From NCBI GenBank assembly GCA_965649825.1, contig OZ287704.1:1016935-1080934 (forward strand): 64,000 bases of DNA. The letters run 5' to 3'. The notes beneath the pieces are model-generated. The model was given only the letters and a program-made list of their open reading frames with translations. It was not told the DNA's origin and did no database searches. Below, piece after piece: positions 1 through 11,118 of the stretch. A program made the translations under genes and the position numbers. Within the stretch, counting starts at the first letter, position 1. Every line of letters starts with the position of its first letter. The stretch is from Penicillus capitatus. Its lineage: Eukaryota > Plantae > Chlorophyta.

Positions 1-153
1 GAACGGAATTCTCTTCCGCAAGTGTTTCTGAATAAAACCGAATCTTCCAGACTTTGCTCAAAGCTCCTTTGTCTTCACTGACGCAGTACGCTTGCTTGTC
101 TGGTTGTTTGTTCGTTGCAGGAGCGTCGGTGTTCTATGTAGACGTTTGATAGA

Positions 154-1122
154 ATGGCACCTGAAGCTGCTGCAGAGGGATACTATATGACACCGTGCTG
201 CGGTGAGGCAGATATGTCTGGATATTCCAGAACGTCTTCGCCGGATCCAAACGTGTTCTACGACGGTCACGAAGATAAGCGCGCATACACCGACGGTCGC
301 TGCGCAGGCTCGCAGTATCATTCATGGCCGACACCGGCAGGCTTTACAGCTTATCCGTCAAACGACGCAAAGACATACGCACCGTCGCCTTACAGTATGC
401 CGCCACATGGAGTTCCACCAATGCCAGTGCACATGCCATCTGTCCCCTACGGACACGGCGCCGCCGGACAAATGGTAGCACCACAACCGCCAATGTTTGG
501 CGTGCAAGCTCCACGGACTCCAACACGCACTCGTGCAGACATTACTGATACGTCCTCATCAAATTGCACTCCGAGAGACCACTATTCGACGGCTATGGAT
601 CGACCATCTCCCGTGAAGAGACATGCCCGCAAGCATGATGCTGGACCTCGATTCCCAGTCGTCAAAATTCCGGAGGGATTGAAGAAGCAAGGAGGACAAC
701 CATCACCAGCGACGTGGCTGAACATGAGAGGCTTCCCACTCAGAGCTGGCAAGCCTGACTGCAAGCATTACACTACAAAGGGATGGTGCGCATATGGAAC
801 ACTCTGCAAATTCAACCACCCGGATAACATGCCAGCGGCAACGATGCCCTATGGGATGGTGCCCTGCGTTCCTGGATCCCAACCGATGGTAATGAATGGA
901 CCCTGGATGGGACTTCACTACCAGTGGAACGGACCATGGAACCAGCATCATCATCAGTCATCGCCTGCCGTCCCGCATGCCTATCCCCCATACATGTGCC
1001 ATCCCTGCCATTCCGGCCCTTGCAGTACAGAGTCTGGACATACTGCGATTTCGCATTCGGATGGAAGAGAGCATGAAAAGGTCACAGTCGACACGGAAAC
1101 CAGTGCCATGATGTATCATTGA
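154..1122 (+). CDS. CCCH-type zinc-finger protein with Pro/His-rich low-complexity flanks (intronless)
   Basis: 322-aa ORF. FPLRAGKPDCKHYTTKGWCAYGTLCKFNHP is a C-x8-C-x5-C-x3-H finger with the plant-type FPLRxGxPDC leader. TGTAA at 1187-1191 downstream. Confidence 0.8.
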   Translation: MAPEAAAEGYYMTPCCGEADMSGYSRTSSPDPNVFYDGHEDKRAYTDGRCAGSQYHSWPTPAGFTAYPSNDAKTYAPSPYSMPPHGVPPMPVHMPSVPYGHGAAGQMVAPQPPMFGVQAPRTPTRTRADITDTSSSNCTPRDHYSTAMDRPSPVKRHARKHDAGPRFPVVKIPEGLKKQGGQPSPATWLNMRGFPLRAGKPDCKHYTTKGWCAYGTLCKFNHPDNMPAATMPYGMVPCVPGSQPMVMNGPWMGLHYQWNGPWNQHHHQSSPAVPHAYPPYMCHPCHSGPCSTESGHTAISHSDGREHEKVTVDTETSAMMYH

Positions 1123-1186
1123 AGGCGCGTCCGTCCAAACCAATCAAGTCTTTTTGAAAATTCATAGCTTTGATGCTTAAGGATTG

Positions 1187-1191
1187 TGTAA
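1187..1191 (+). promoter_or_regulatory. TGTAA chlorophyte-type polyadenylation signal (representative copy)
   Basis: TGTAA follows the stops of several genes: 1187 (+), 11098-11102 (-), 26398-26402 (-), 37482 (+), 41831 (+), 53073 (+), 57132 (+). UGUAA is the established chlorophyte poly(A) signal. Confidence 0.55.
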
Positions 1192-2119
1192 CCCCGGAAT
1201 AAAGGTAGCTGCTCCATGTGCAGCCATACACCGTTTCTCACATGGTGTGCTCTAAGTTTCTTCCCATATGCCTAGAGCATTGGGATGGTCTCACTGACTT
1301 CTTGAGAAAAATACCATTTCGTTGCGCCTCATGTGTGTTTATTTTCTTCGGTCTCAGATCTACTGAACAAACAAACCATAGTGCGCTGTCCTAAGCGATG
1401 CAGGTATCGGTTGTGTTTATACCTTTCGAGTCCGCATGTGTTGTGCGGTCCCATATACATCATTGTATCATTGCTGCGTTGCAAGGATGGCCAAATGAAT
1501 AAAGGGACACCTCTCTGTCCCACCTCTCAACAAACCATGTTTCATGCTCCTTTAAGTTGTCTCCATCTCGTTTAATTCCCGCGGATGGTGGCTCTACATG
1601 CTTTGGACGAAGTGAAGCAATCAAGCAGGCGTCATTTCATTCTGGACCCACAAAATAGGAAGAGCGGAGTTTGGTTTATCCACTCAAGAATCTTTGGGAA
1701 GGAATTGATATGGAGTCGTACTTCAAGATCACGATTTAACAGTTTGCATAAAAAACGTTTCTCTTTGAGTGGGTACTGCTGAGATTCGAATAAATGGATG
1801 ATGACTTCATCTGTCTCAGTATGTAAAAACGCACCATTCCTAACGGGCAATAACGCGTGGCTGACATTCCACCTTACATGTGTTTAACAACACGGCATTG
1901 AAGGAACATGCTTTGAGTTTGTTTATCCGTTTGTTCTGTTTGCTTAAAAGCATGTACGTATGTGTGCATGCCTGCCTGCCTGCGGAGGCATGTACATGCA
2001 AACAAACATACATCAATAAACTATGCCATTCCCCCGAGCAACTCATCATCGATAACAACAACAACGATATCGAAGATCGCTCGTTTGACCCTCGCTCTTC
2101 CAGCCAACGAAACGGTTCG

Positions 2120-5072
2120 TTAGACTAATGGATCATGCGACACGGGACGTTCCCGCAGACCGACAATGTTGTTTGTTGCAACTGGTTCCACATCCTCCCC
2201 ATGATCCACACCTTCGCCTCTCTTCTCTATTGCCTGGGGATGAATCGCATCTTCAAAGCTATACATCTGAATCTGATCATCCACTGTCTGCCCAGCATTC
2301 CCTGCATCAAAGGATTGGGTACTGTAGTCAAATCGTGGCAAGTTTGGCGAAGAAGCAGATCTCCGTGTATCTATTGCAGGTTCGGTTGGCTGAATCGCCA
2401 GTGTGGTTCGTCCCAACGATGGATAGTCAATGCGATTGACGGGGTCCTGTTCGTCATCTGTATCCGGAATGTCTTGCTCCAGCTGCTGGGGCTTATAGAC
2501 CACATTTACGCTGTCTAGGTTTCGCTCGGCAGATGTCGATGACAAGAAATACTTCTCTAGGTTTATTCCCAGGAACAATTCAATCTGCGCCTGACGATCA
2601 TTATCTTTGATGATGTTGTTGTATCGTCGCGTGATGGCAATGAAAGAATTCGACGCCCCACTAACGGTATTCTTCTTGAGCTGGCTGGACTGAGGCTCAA
2701 AGATCGTGATCTTGTCAGAATGCATGGCTTGCGATCCGGTGTAGAAGAAAGCATTGCGATCTCCGTTTTGCAGGAAGACATCGGCAATGCTCGAGAGCGC
2801 TTCTGGTAAAACCTTTCTGCGAATCTCATCCACTGTTGCTTCTAACATCGACCAGGCTTCTTTCGACAGGATCTCTTCTTTGCAGACGACCCTGAAGGAC
2901 TTCTTGCTTTCCAAAGAAGTTCTACCGCCTTCAACAGAAGGCTCCGTATCGTCCGGCGGCGGAGACCATGTCGTTCTCTTATTCACATGATCGATGTAGT
3001 ACGTGCATCCCGACACCTCGTCGATCCGAGCTTCCCAGCCAACAGGAAGCGCCTGGCGAAACTGCACCTTTGGACGTCGGTGTGAGCGACCAGTCGGTGC
3101 GGGCCACGACGGCTTGACATTTTGGCTGGGACTCTGAGACGTGGCAGATCCGGGAAGCAATCCACCAAACAATCGTTCCCTCAATGTGGGCTTTGCCCGG
3201 GGAGGATCTTCCGCTATCTCATCATCCCTTGTCAACACTGCCAACTCGAGTCGGCGACATTGTTCCACAAAGACCTGTACCACAGTACTGAAAACGGCGC
3301 CGTGGCAAAAGAAACGGACGCACTTGAACGCTAATAAAAAAACTTGCAATGTTGGTTCGATCCAAGGAATCTGCACAGTTGTACCGCGTGAGCCCTTGTT
3401 GCTGTGCACACCAGTGCATTGTGTGCTCTCCAAGCCACTTGGTCTTGGGTGCATCATCCTCTAGAATGGCACACAGTTGTCGTAGACATCGCCGACAGGG
3501 ACATTACTGGAAGGTTGCTTGGAGTAATATCCAGAAGCGAGGCCATGAGCTTGTAGCATTCCTCTCATTGTTGTCCACAGGGCTTCAATCAGTCCATGCG
3601 TTCCTAGTTGCTTGTCCATTTCATGCCAGTCCAGAGCATAGTAATCGGCCTTCAGCTGGTGCATCTTTCTTATACTGGAAAGCGCCGTGTCAAAAGCAGC
3701 AGCAAGATTAGTTTCTGATCTATTTTTATCAGGGAGTCCTTTTCGCAAGAGACTCACGAAAACGATCGGAAATCTGTCAGAAGTCTTCTCCTTTTCGGTC
3801 GTTTCCTTCAATTTCTCTTCGATTTCGGGCTTCGGCGAAAAACGCTTCTGCAGTCTTCGAATGTATCTGTGAGATGGATTCGTGTATGACCACATCATCA
3901 TCGAACAGAAAGAGATGCTCACCTCTTACAACCTGCAAACGTTTTTTGCTTTCTTATCACGATTTCTGCTTCGCCCAATCCGCTGTTCTTGAGATAGACT
4001 CCCCAACGGATCGGCACTGTTCCTCGTCTCCACGAGTATCGATTCCACAGTGCCTTTCCGGTATGTTTGTCTTCTGGTCTCCAGACAATCTGTTCGCATT
4101 CGATTTCGTTTCCTGGTTCGCAGAGATCGTTCAATCCACGGGCAATGTAACGGGTTCCGGGGTTCAGCCGCGATCGACGTGAGAGCAGAACCAAATTGAA
4201 CGGATCGCCCATTCCATCCTCGAGCTCCCTCGATTCTGCTGTGCCTTGCATCAGAGGGGGACAGCAATCATCCAGACAGACAGAACGAAAAGACTCTGTA
4301 AGCCATGCATTCCACGTAAACTGCCAAGAGGGTTCTGTGGTCGCATGCTGCGAAGGGAAGGGCCTTGTCACATCAGCATCTGCACAGTACCAATGCGCTC
4401 CGTTGACAGAGAATTCCACAATCTTATTGATATGACCCTCCAACATCTCAAAGTTCACGGTAGCTTCGTTCTGAACATCATTCGGCAGATCTGCCTAAAG
4501 AAAACAGTTCAAGCCCAATTGAGGATAGAGATGAGGATCGCACCTGACAAGGAATTCTGTGCCAACGTGCAGCTGTCACTGTCTTGATGCGAACATCTCC
4601 AGGGAGAAGAGCCGAGACGCGAGCACGCTCGACCAACAGTAGCAGTCCTGTATTTCCTATCACTGTGTAACCCAACACAGCTTCACCCTTTCCTTCGACC
4701 TACATAACGATGCCTCCCTTCAGGCAGACGAGCAGAAGTGATAACAGACGCACTTGTGCTTGCCCCTGTCCTTTCAGATACTCTAAAGCCTCATCCTGTC
4801 GGTCAGCCTGTGAGCAGGAATGGACGCTGTTGACTTTAATGGCCAACCTTGTTTGGAAAGATGTCAAGTCCGGGTGTTTGAGTATATTGCAACGCCCCTG
4901 AGAGCGAGTCAAAACGCACGAGCACGACGTCCTTTCTAGAATCCACCATGTACCGTCTACTGTTGAACACGCCAAGGGCTGACCTCTTGGTACGCGAGAT
5001 GAGCAGAAAATGTTGCTGTGTTGCTTCGAGGCGGTAGAGCACAACAGCGTCATTCTGCGCCGTGGCACTCAT
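2120..5072 (-). CDS. SAC9: SAC-domain phosphoinositide phosphatase with WW domain (SAC9-like), at least 6 introns
   Basis: The spliced model gives RRSRLNPGTRYIARG, GNEIECEQIVW, WRRGTVPIRWG, the catalytic CX5RT motif NCADSLDRTN and a WW domain (LPVGWEARID...YYIDHVNKRTTWSPP). This order matches plant SAC9. Introns are GT-AG, about 47-56 nt. Confidence 0.85.
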
Positions 5073-5165
5073 TGGACAGGACAGTGATGTCTTCTTGAAA
5101 CACAGTAGAGAGAAGTAACGTGGAAACGCGCGTCACTTTAATGACGGATACGTTCTGCCCGCGCC

Positions 5166-6724
5166 ATGCTGCGTTGCTACGCGTGGCGCCAGCTATTGCA
5201 CGGCAGAGGTGTACAGTATTGTCCGCGTGTCTGTACTAAGCGGACGCAAAGTACAAGACACAGAGGAAGACGGTGGAGAGACGCAGCTGATCTCGTTGGT
5301 GACATGGTAGTGAACGACAAGGTCGAAGTAAAAGTACAACCCATCTGTAAAAGTGCCTCTTTAGCAACCCGATCTCTGTGTTAGGTAGCAGCTAAGGCTT
5401 CTGCCAGAGCTTCGGTCGTTGAAGATGTTCGAGATATTTTGGTAGAATTGGGCATTGGAGAACGCGATGCCATCAAACGCATGGAGCAAGCAATGGACTA
5501 TTGGCAGGCGAGGTGTCCAGAGAGAACAGCTCCTGCACTCTGTCCAGATCACGTCAGCTCGATTTTGACGTTTCTGGCCGATGCAGGCATCCCTGTTAGG
5601 TTCTGTCTTCTCGTAAAGAAGGCCTGCAGAGTACATTGTACAGGTTCCTTTCGACGATCATTCAGCGCTGCCCTGCATTGCTCATGGCCTCCATCAATGA
5701 TGATCTTATTCCAATATTTGCTCTCTTCGATGAACTGCATATCCGTGGTGGGAAAGAACCAATGGAGTTGTGGTCTTGCTGATGATTGAGTCGTTGTTTC
5801 AGGGACATCCAGGACAAACATGTGCGTATCCGAGCCTACATTGCTGCTTGAGGGTCAGAAGGATGTCATACGACATGTTGTCATGAGTCTGCATCGATTG
5901 GGTATCCATAAGAGTCGAGTGCATCGGCTCATTGGCAAGTGTCCTCTGCTCCTGATGGAATCGATCGAATCCTTCAACGAAGCGCTGATTCGTCTCTCTT
6001 GCCTCTTTGCGTCGGAAGAGGACTTGATTCTCTATATCGACAGCTGCCCGCATCTCATCCTCGAATCTGAACAGCGTTTTAATGTAAAGACGGTCCCTGT
6101 CACATCACATCATTATAGAAAAACGCTATGCATCTGTAGGAAGTGCATCGAGCGCTGAAGATGGTTCAGATGACGCAGGAAGAGGTGCTGCAGTGTGTGC
6201 AAAAAGAGCCTAGACTGCTCATTAAAGATCCAAAGAGATTTGAACGTATCTGCGAGTGGTTTATGAAATCGGGGCTGACGATTTTGGAGACCAAGTCCTT
6301 GCTCCAATACTGCCCTCAGTTTCTCATACGCAGGTGGGTACACGTTAGAACACATGTTATCGTCGTTTCATGACATCCATTCTGCTTTGATAGGTTGTCG
6401 ATGCTCAAAGCGAAGAAGAAATTTCTCACCGTCGTGGCCAAGAGACCTTTTCGCGACATCCTATCCTATCCACACTACTTCCACTTTCCAATCGACCTCA
6501 CGATCGGCCCCCGTTTCACTTTCCTCAAAGAACGGGCCAATGCAGCTCTGCATGAAGCCCCTCTTGATTCTCTGATGCGAGCGTCCGATTCCGAATTCGC
6601 CAGAGAGATAGCAGAGGTCATCGAAGAAGAGTATGTCGTTTATCAGACTCAGTGGACACGCATGTATGGTCACAAATTCGATTTTCGAGGTCGTCCGAGG
6701 CAACAGCAGAACACCGTTTCTTAA
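5166..6724 (+). CDS. mTERF-family organellar protein (spliced)
   Basis: Repeated mTERF-like units (IIQRCPALL, LIGKCPLLL, CVQKEPRLL, LLQYCPQFL) and a plant-type C-terminus ILSYPHYFHFPID..IGPRF..L...ASDSEF. Short GT-AG introns keep the frame. Confidence 0.75.
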
Positions 6725-6872
6725 CATTTCAGAATGTTTTCAGTTACAGTCCATATCGTTTATTCCAGATGCTCAGAGTGACCCAAAACTGTTTCGTACT
6801 GCGATCGTAGGGATATATCATACAAACACACGGATAGCCGTCGGCATCGTCAAGAAAGGAGCACGTCGTCTG

Positions 6873-7222
6873 TCAGCCACCCATGCTTCGGGACATCTCT
6901 AAGCTCGCGCCGCTGTCTCTTCTTGAATATCATCTTTGTAGCTGCACGAACGCACGCGCGATGTCAGCGGGTACAGACGACAGACAGGGTTCGACGCTTA
7001 CCTCCCCCAGACCGTCTTGCCGCCTGAGCCTCCCTTCTTGGGCGTCTCTTTGCGACTGCGTCCAGTATCTGTCGCGTCGTTCGTCGGTGTTCGACGATGA
7101 GAGGAATAATGAAACGTACTGGAGCGTCGTTGAAGTTGTCCACTTTTCGCCTTGACCTGGCGCTCGTGACTCGCACTCTTCTGACCCACGCGGACATCAT
7201 GCTGTTCAGAACCTGCAACCAT
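6873..7222 (-). CDS. Small (~80 aa) protein with KKGGSGGKTVWG motif, Stf2/Tma10 or HABP4/PAI-RBP1-like
   Basis: Two GT-AG introns join MVAGSEQH...RRSNTGRSRKETPKKGGSGGKTVWGSYKDDIQEE...MGG*. The motif resembles the KKxGxGxxxWG signature of that family. The start codon is uncertain. Confidence 0.5.
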
Positions 7223-8041
7223 CGTTGCCAACGTCGTAGACACAAAGTCGATGTTAGGAAATAGGATGTTGCGGAGGTGAACAGACGCCGTTTATATACC
7301 CGGTGGATGACGTGACGGGCGATGACGTAAAATGGACGAGACACGAGTGGAGGACACGGACCTGGTCCCAAACCCGAAACTGGCCGATGCCGGGGTTGTC
7401 CATGCGGACCACATTCGCAAGAGAAAGAGACGAAACAGTGGGCTGACGATTTCGTTTGACCCCTGTCAACTTAGGCAGAGAATTGATCGCCCATAAAGAA
7501 TGCAGATCCAAAAACCTTGTATGTAGGAAATACGTCACAGGATTCCGAAAAAGAAAACAAGAACGAAAAGAACGTGTCAAAAAGTAAAACTCCTGACCTA
7601 CGTGTCAACGGTGTACACGAAAGAGAACGGATGGATGTACAGGAAAGTGGCAGAGCTCGAGAAGAAAGCCAAACGCATCAAGCGAAAAGAGGTGCTGTCA
7701 CTATCAGCCGTGTCCCTGTTGTTTTATGCGTTTCTCGCATAAGAGAGAGCAGAAACTAAAAGTGTCCTGCGGACTGGGAAAACATGACAGGTGGTCGACA
7801 TCTTCCGATTCCGGTCTGATCTCGTGTTCCCCACCAGCAGATGAGGTTCTGTGTCGCAGAGATCGAGGACAAAGGGGTTCAGAAAACGGAAATCTACACG
7901 ACAGCATCTTACAAAACTGTTGTCCATGTTCAGCCGATGTCGTTGGATGCTGCTGTTCATGAGTTCGATCGAATCCATATCGTTTGCGTAAGTGACGAGT
8001 GCACGGTGTTCGTAGTGTGAGCCACAAGGGAGAATGATATC

Positions 8042-10224
8042 CTACAGTGCTTCTACTAAGTGTCGATAGTCCAGAAGTAACTCTGGTAGATCGGACAATC
8101 GCAGTGTTTCCATGGTGAAGTGCAGGAAACGCGTGTTTGGATGCATCTGCATGGCTGTTTGGTGTTCCCTCCATGACTTCAGAATATCGCGTTTGAGCAA
8201 GACCCTCTTGTAGTCTGCCAGCAGTAGCCAGATGTTTCCCAATTTAAACTCCTTTGGATTTGCGCACATCAGCGTCTTTCTCGCAGCAATGATGATATCT
8301 TCGTGGTTTCGCTGAGAGAGATCTTGGGAGAATGGGATAGAGTGAGACTGAGCATAGGCAATGAGAGCTGAATCGATATAGTGATCGTCCGGTTGGCAAG
8401 AGAGCAACGGAATCTCCGTTCCGTCACGGTCGACGTCAAAGTAACTGTAGAGAGCATCCAGTCCATTTCCCCCCTGTTCTGCTACATGAATCGTATCCCC
8501 TGAGCAATACATGCAATAGAAGAGAGTAGTACTTAAGAGAAAGATCACGCACCGTTTCCGTTGACGACAGGTACCATCTCCATATCGGGCACAGATCCCG
8601 TTTGGGACATTGGGGTTGCCAGCGTATCGTTCTGTCTTGGCAACGGTGAGGGACGCGTGGATATTCTGGAAAGCAAGCTTCTAGTGGTGATCGACGGAAT
8701 GTTGTTCCAGACAGTTCCGAACAACGCATGAGGCGTTGACACTTTAGCAGATTCTGTCACAGATCGCGTTTCTGGGCCATTGTCACGCACAAGGACATTC
8801 TTGTTCATCAGTTGCCAGGGCAGAGCAGATGATGCCAGAGAAGACGCAGAAGGCGAAGTGGATCGTGGCCTTATCTCTTCGATACCCTGCAGGAACATCT
8901 GTCTATTCAGAAGAGGAATGTGAAAAGGATAGGACCAGTTCCAACCACCAAGTGTCGCCAAAGATCTCCCGTCCTCTACCTCCAAAGATAAAGAGCCGGC
9001 CTGAACTCAGCGCCACCATCGTGGGACACACGCGCTCAGATGGAGATGCCTTGTCAACAGGCGTTTCGCATTTGACCCATCTAAAGAGGGAGAAGCCTTT
9101 TTCTCGACAGAGAAACTGTGCTGGGCGAACCTGGTCTTCACAAGATCGAAAATCCAGAGTTCTTTGCTGCACGTGTGCGACTGAGAAAAGATCATATATA
9201 CTGGACTTGCCATATGTCCACCGAAACAGGCCAGCATCCGATCCTGTGTCGCTGTACAGACATCCAGCACAACATTGTCATCAAAAGAAGAGCAGAGTGT
9301 GCGGACGAACGTGCAAAGGAATGACCACTGCGGCCAAGGGGCCTGGGTTTTGCTTTGACGCAATGCCATTGCCATTGTCCCGTTCCCTCGATCTCTTTCA
9401 ACTGCCAGAGATCATCAAAAAAGGAACCCACCGTCGTTTCCCCTCCATAAAGCCATACGGCACCATTCGCCTGGGACAGTCACACAGCAACGTCAAATGT
9501 GGTATTGAAGCATCCAAGTGAAATGCGCACGACGGTTAGAGCATGATTCATCCGAGGGCCAGGTCCCGGCCCAATAGCCGCAATTTCTTCCCAATGATCT
9601 CTAAACAGTCAGAGTCGCTGATCCTGGCGACAATCCTTGACACAGCGACTGTACTGATGCACGTGCAGGATCCAGAGGTCGTTCATCGCCTTGGATGATT
9701 CATTTCTCCCACCAAATAACAGCACCCGTCCGTTTCCAATGTACACGATGCTGGTGAGAGATCGCGGGGATGGATGAACGTGTGACATCACTGCAGACTT
9801 TTTCCATGCCCAACTATCCTGAATGCAAACCTTCTCTCGATCCAATATCCCATTCCAAATCAAATCCGACCACACTGAGTGTCCATGCATCATTGAATGT
9901 CGTTCTCGATGCTGTGTTCGGAATCAATGCCTGTCCGCCGAAGAATAGGAAACCCTTGTTCACTGCTGTGGCCGAATGAAAGGCACGTGGCCCAGGGGAC
10001 CCTTCCGAAGAGATCTGAGGCCGCACCCAGGCCTCCTGTTCGACATGAAACACGCAGACGTCATCGAGAAAGGATTCTTGTTCCGTCGGGAGCTTGGTGG
10101 CGCCGCCATGGAGAACGATGAGCTCTGTGCCCCAATCATCCCGTGTGTCCACAACGACGGCGATATGGCCGTAACGCGGAGCAGGTGCATCGGCCTGATG
10201 GGCATCGATATGCGTCCAACGCAT
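8042..10224 (-). CDS. Kelch/galactose-oxidase repeat protein (At2g36360-like)
   Basis: Kelch blades PAPRYGH, PGPRAFHSA..FGG, PSPRS..LLFGG, PLGRSGHS and LFIFGGRG..GDTWWL. The C-terminal LSDLPELLLDYRHLV resembles the plant LKELGSLLRDYQRLV tail. Confidence 0.8.
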
Positions 10225-10288
10225 CTGAAGAAATGACGTCATTTCAGTCAGACACTATCTTGCAGGACTCGACAGCCCTACTGTAGCC

Positions 10289-10883
10289 ATGAAGTCCGCT
10301 ACGTCTATCAAGAAGGGACGTGTTCGATGGGACGAAGCGAATCTCAGCGAAAATGAACGCGTCAAGAAAGAGATCAACGCGACAGCGATAGAAGAACCCA
10401 AGACGCCTTATCACAGCCCATGTGCCTCGCAGACAGACCTAAGAGGTGGTCAGATAATGACGACAGGCAACGTGCTGATTCTGTCGTGATGCTACAGATT
10501 TGGAAGCGGAGTTGAATGATTATCAGGTACACACTATCGCGCCGATGCGCCATTAGATGTATGCGTGATGGATAGGCACAGCTGGATGAGGAATTAACGA
10601 CGGCAGGATTAATAAACGGAGCTGCTGAACAGTAAGGAGAATGTGTGAGCAGGGTGATCTATGAGTTGTTTGTCTGTTAGCGAAGTGACTATGCAGAATG
10701 GCTCGAAGAGAGTGAGCTTCGACAACACAGCTGAAGGACATGACGCCGTATCTGTCTTCCTGTCATTGCCAAACGCGATGTCCATCTGTTCGTTTGCAGG
10801 AAGAAAAACCTTCTTCCGAGTTTGAAGAGCACAGAAAACAACATTACTCCATGAAAGATGCCTTACAAAAGCAAGCCTTCTGA
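10289..10883 (+). CDS. Protein phosphatase 1 inhibitor-2 (IPP-2 family), spliced
   Basis: IKKGRVRWDEANL, IEEPKTPYH and FEEHRKQHYSM match the three inhibitor-2 motifs. Confidence 0.75.
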
Positions 10884-11118
10884 TCGTTGCCTCTCACGCT
10901 GGACATCTTATTGCCAGAGGGAAGAATCTGGCAGCACAGGAAGACAATGGACAACAAGAATCGGAAGCTTCATTGTGAAAAGTGAATGCTATCACGGGTA
11001 AAGAGGGTGACTGAAGATACACGTCTCATACGTGACTGTGGATATCTATCTGTGTAGTTTTGCTCATCGTTTTGCGTGAAGAATCATAAGTATTTGTTTA
11101 CACACTTTAAATGGCACC

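Noticed and set aside
1966-1992. CATGCCT...AGGCATG hairpin in the 1.1-2.1 kb intergenic region
   Set aside because: A single short stem in low-complexity TGCC/TGCA sequence with no RNA-gene hallmarks.
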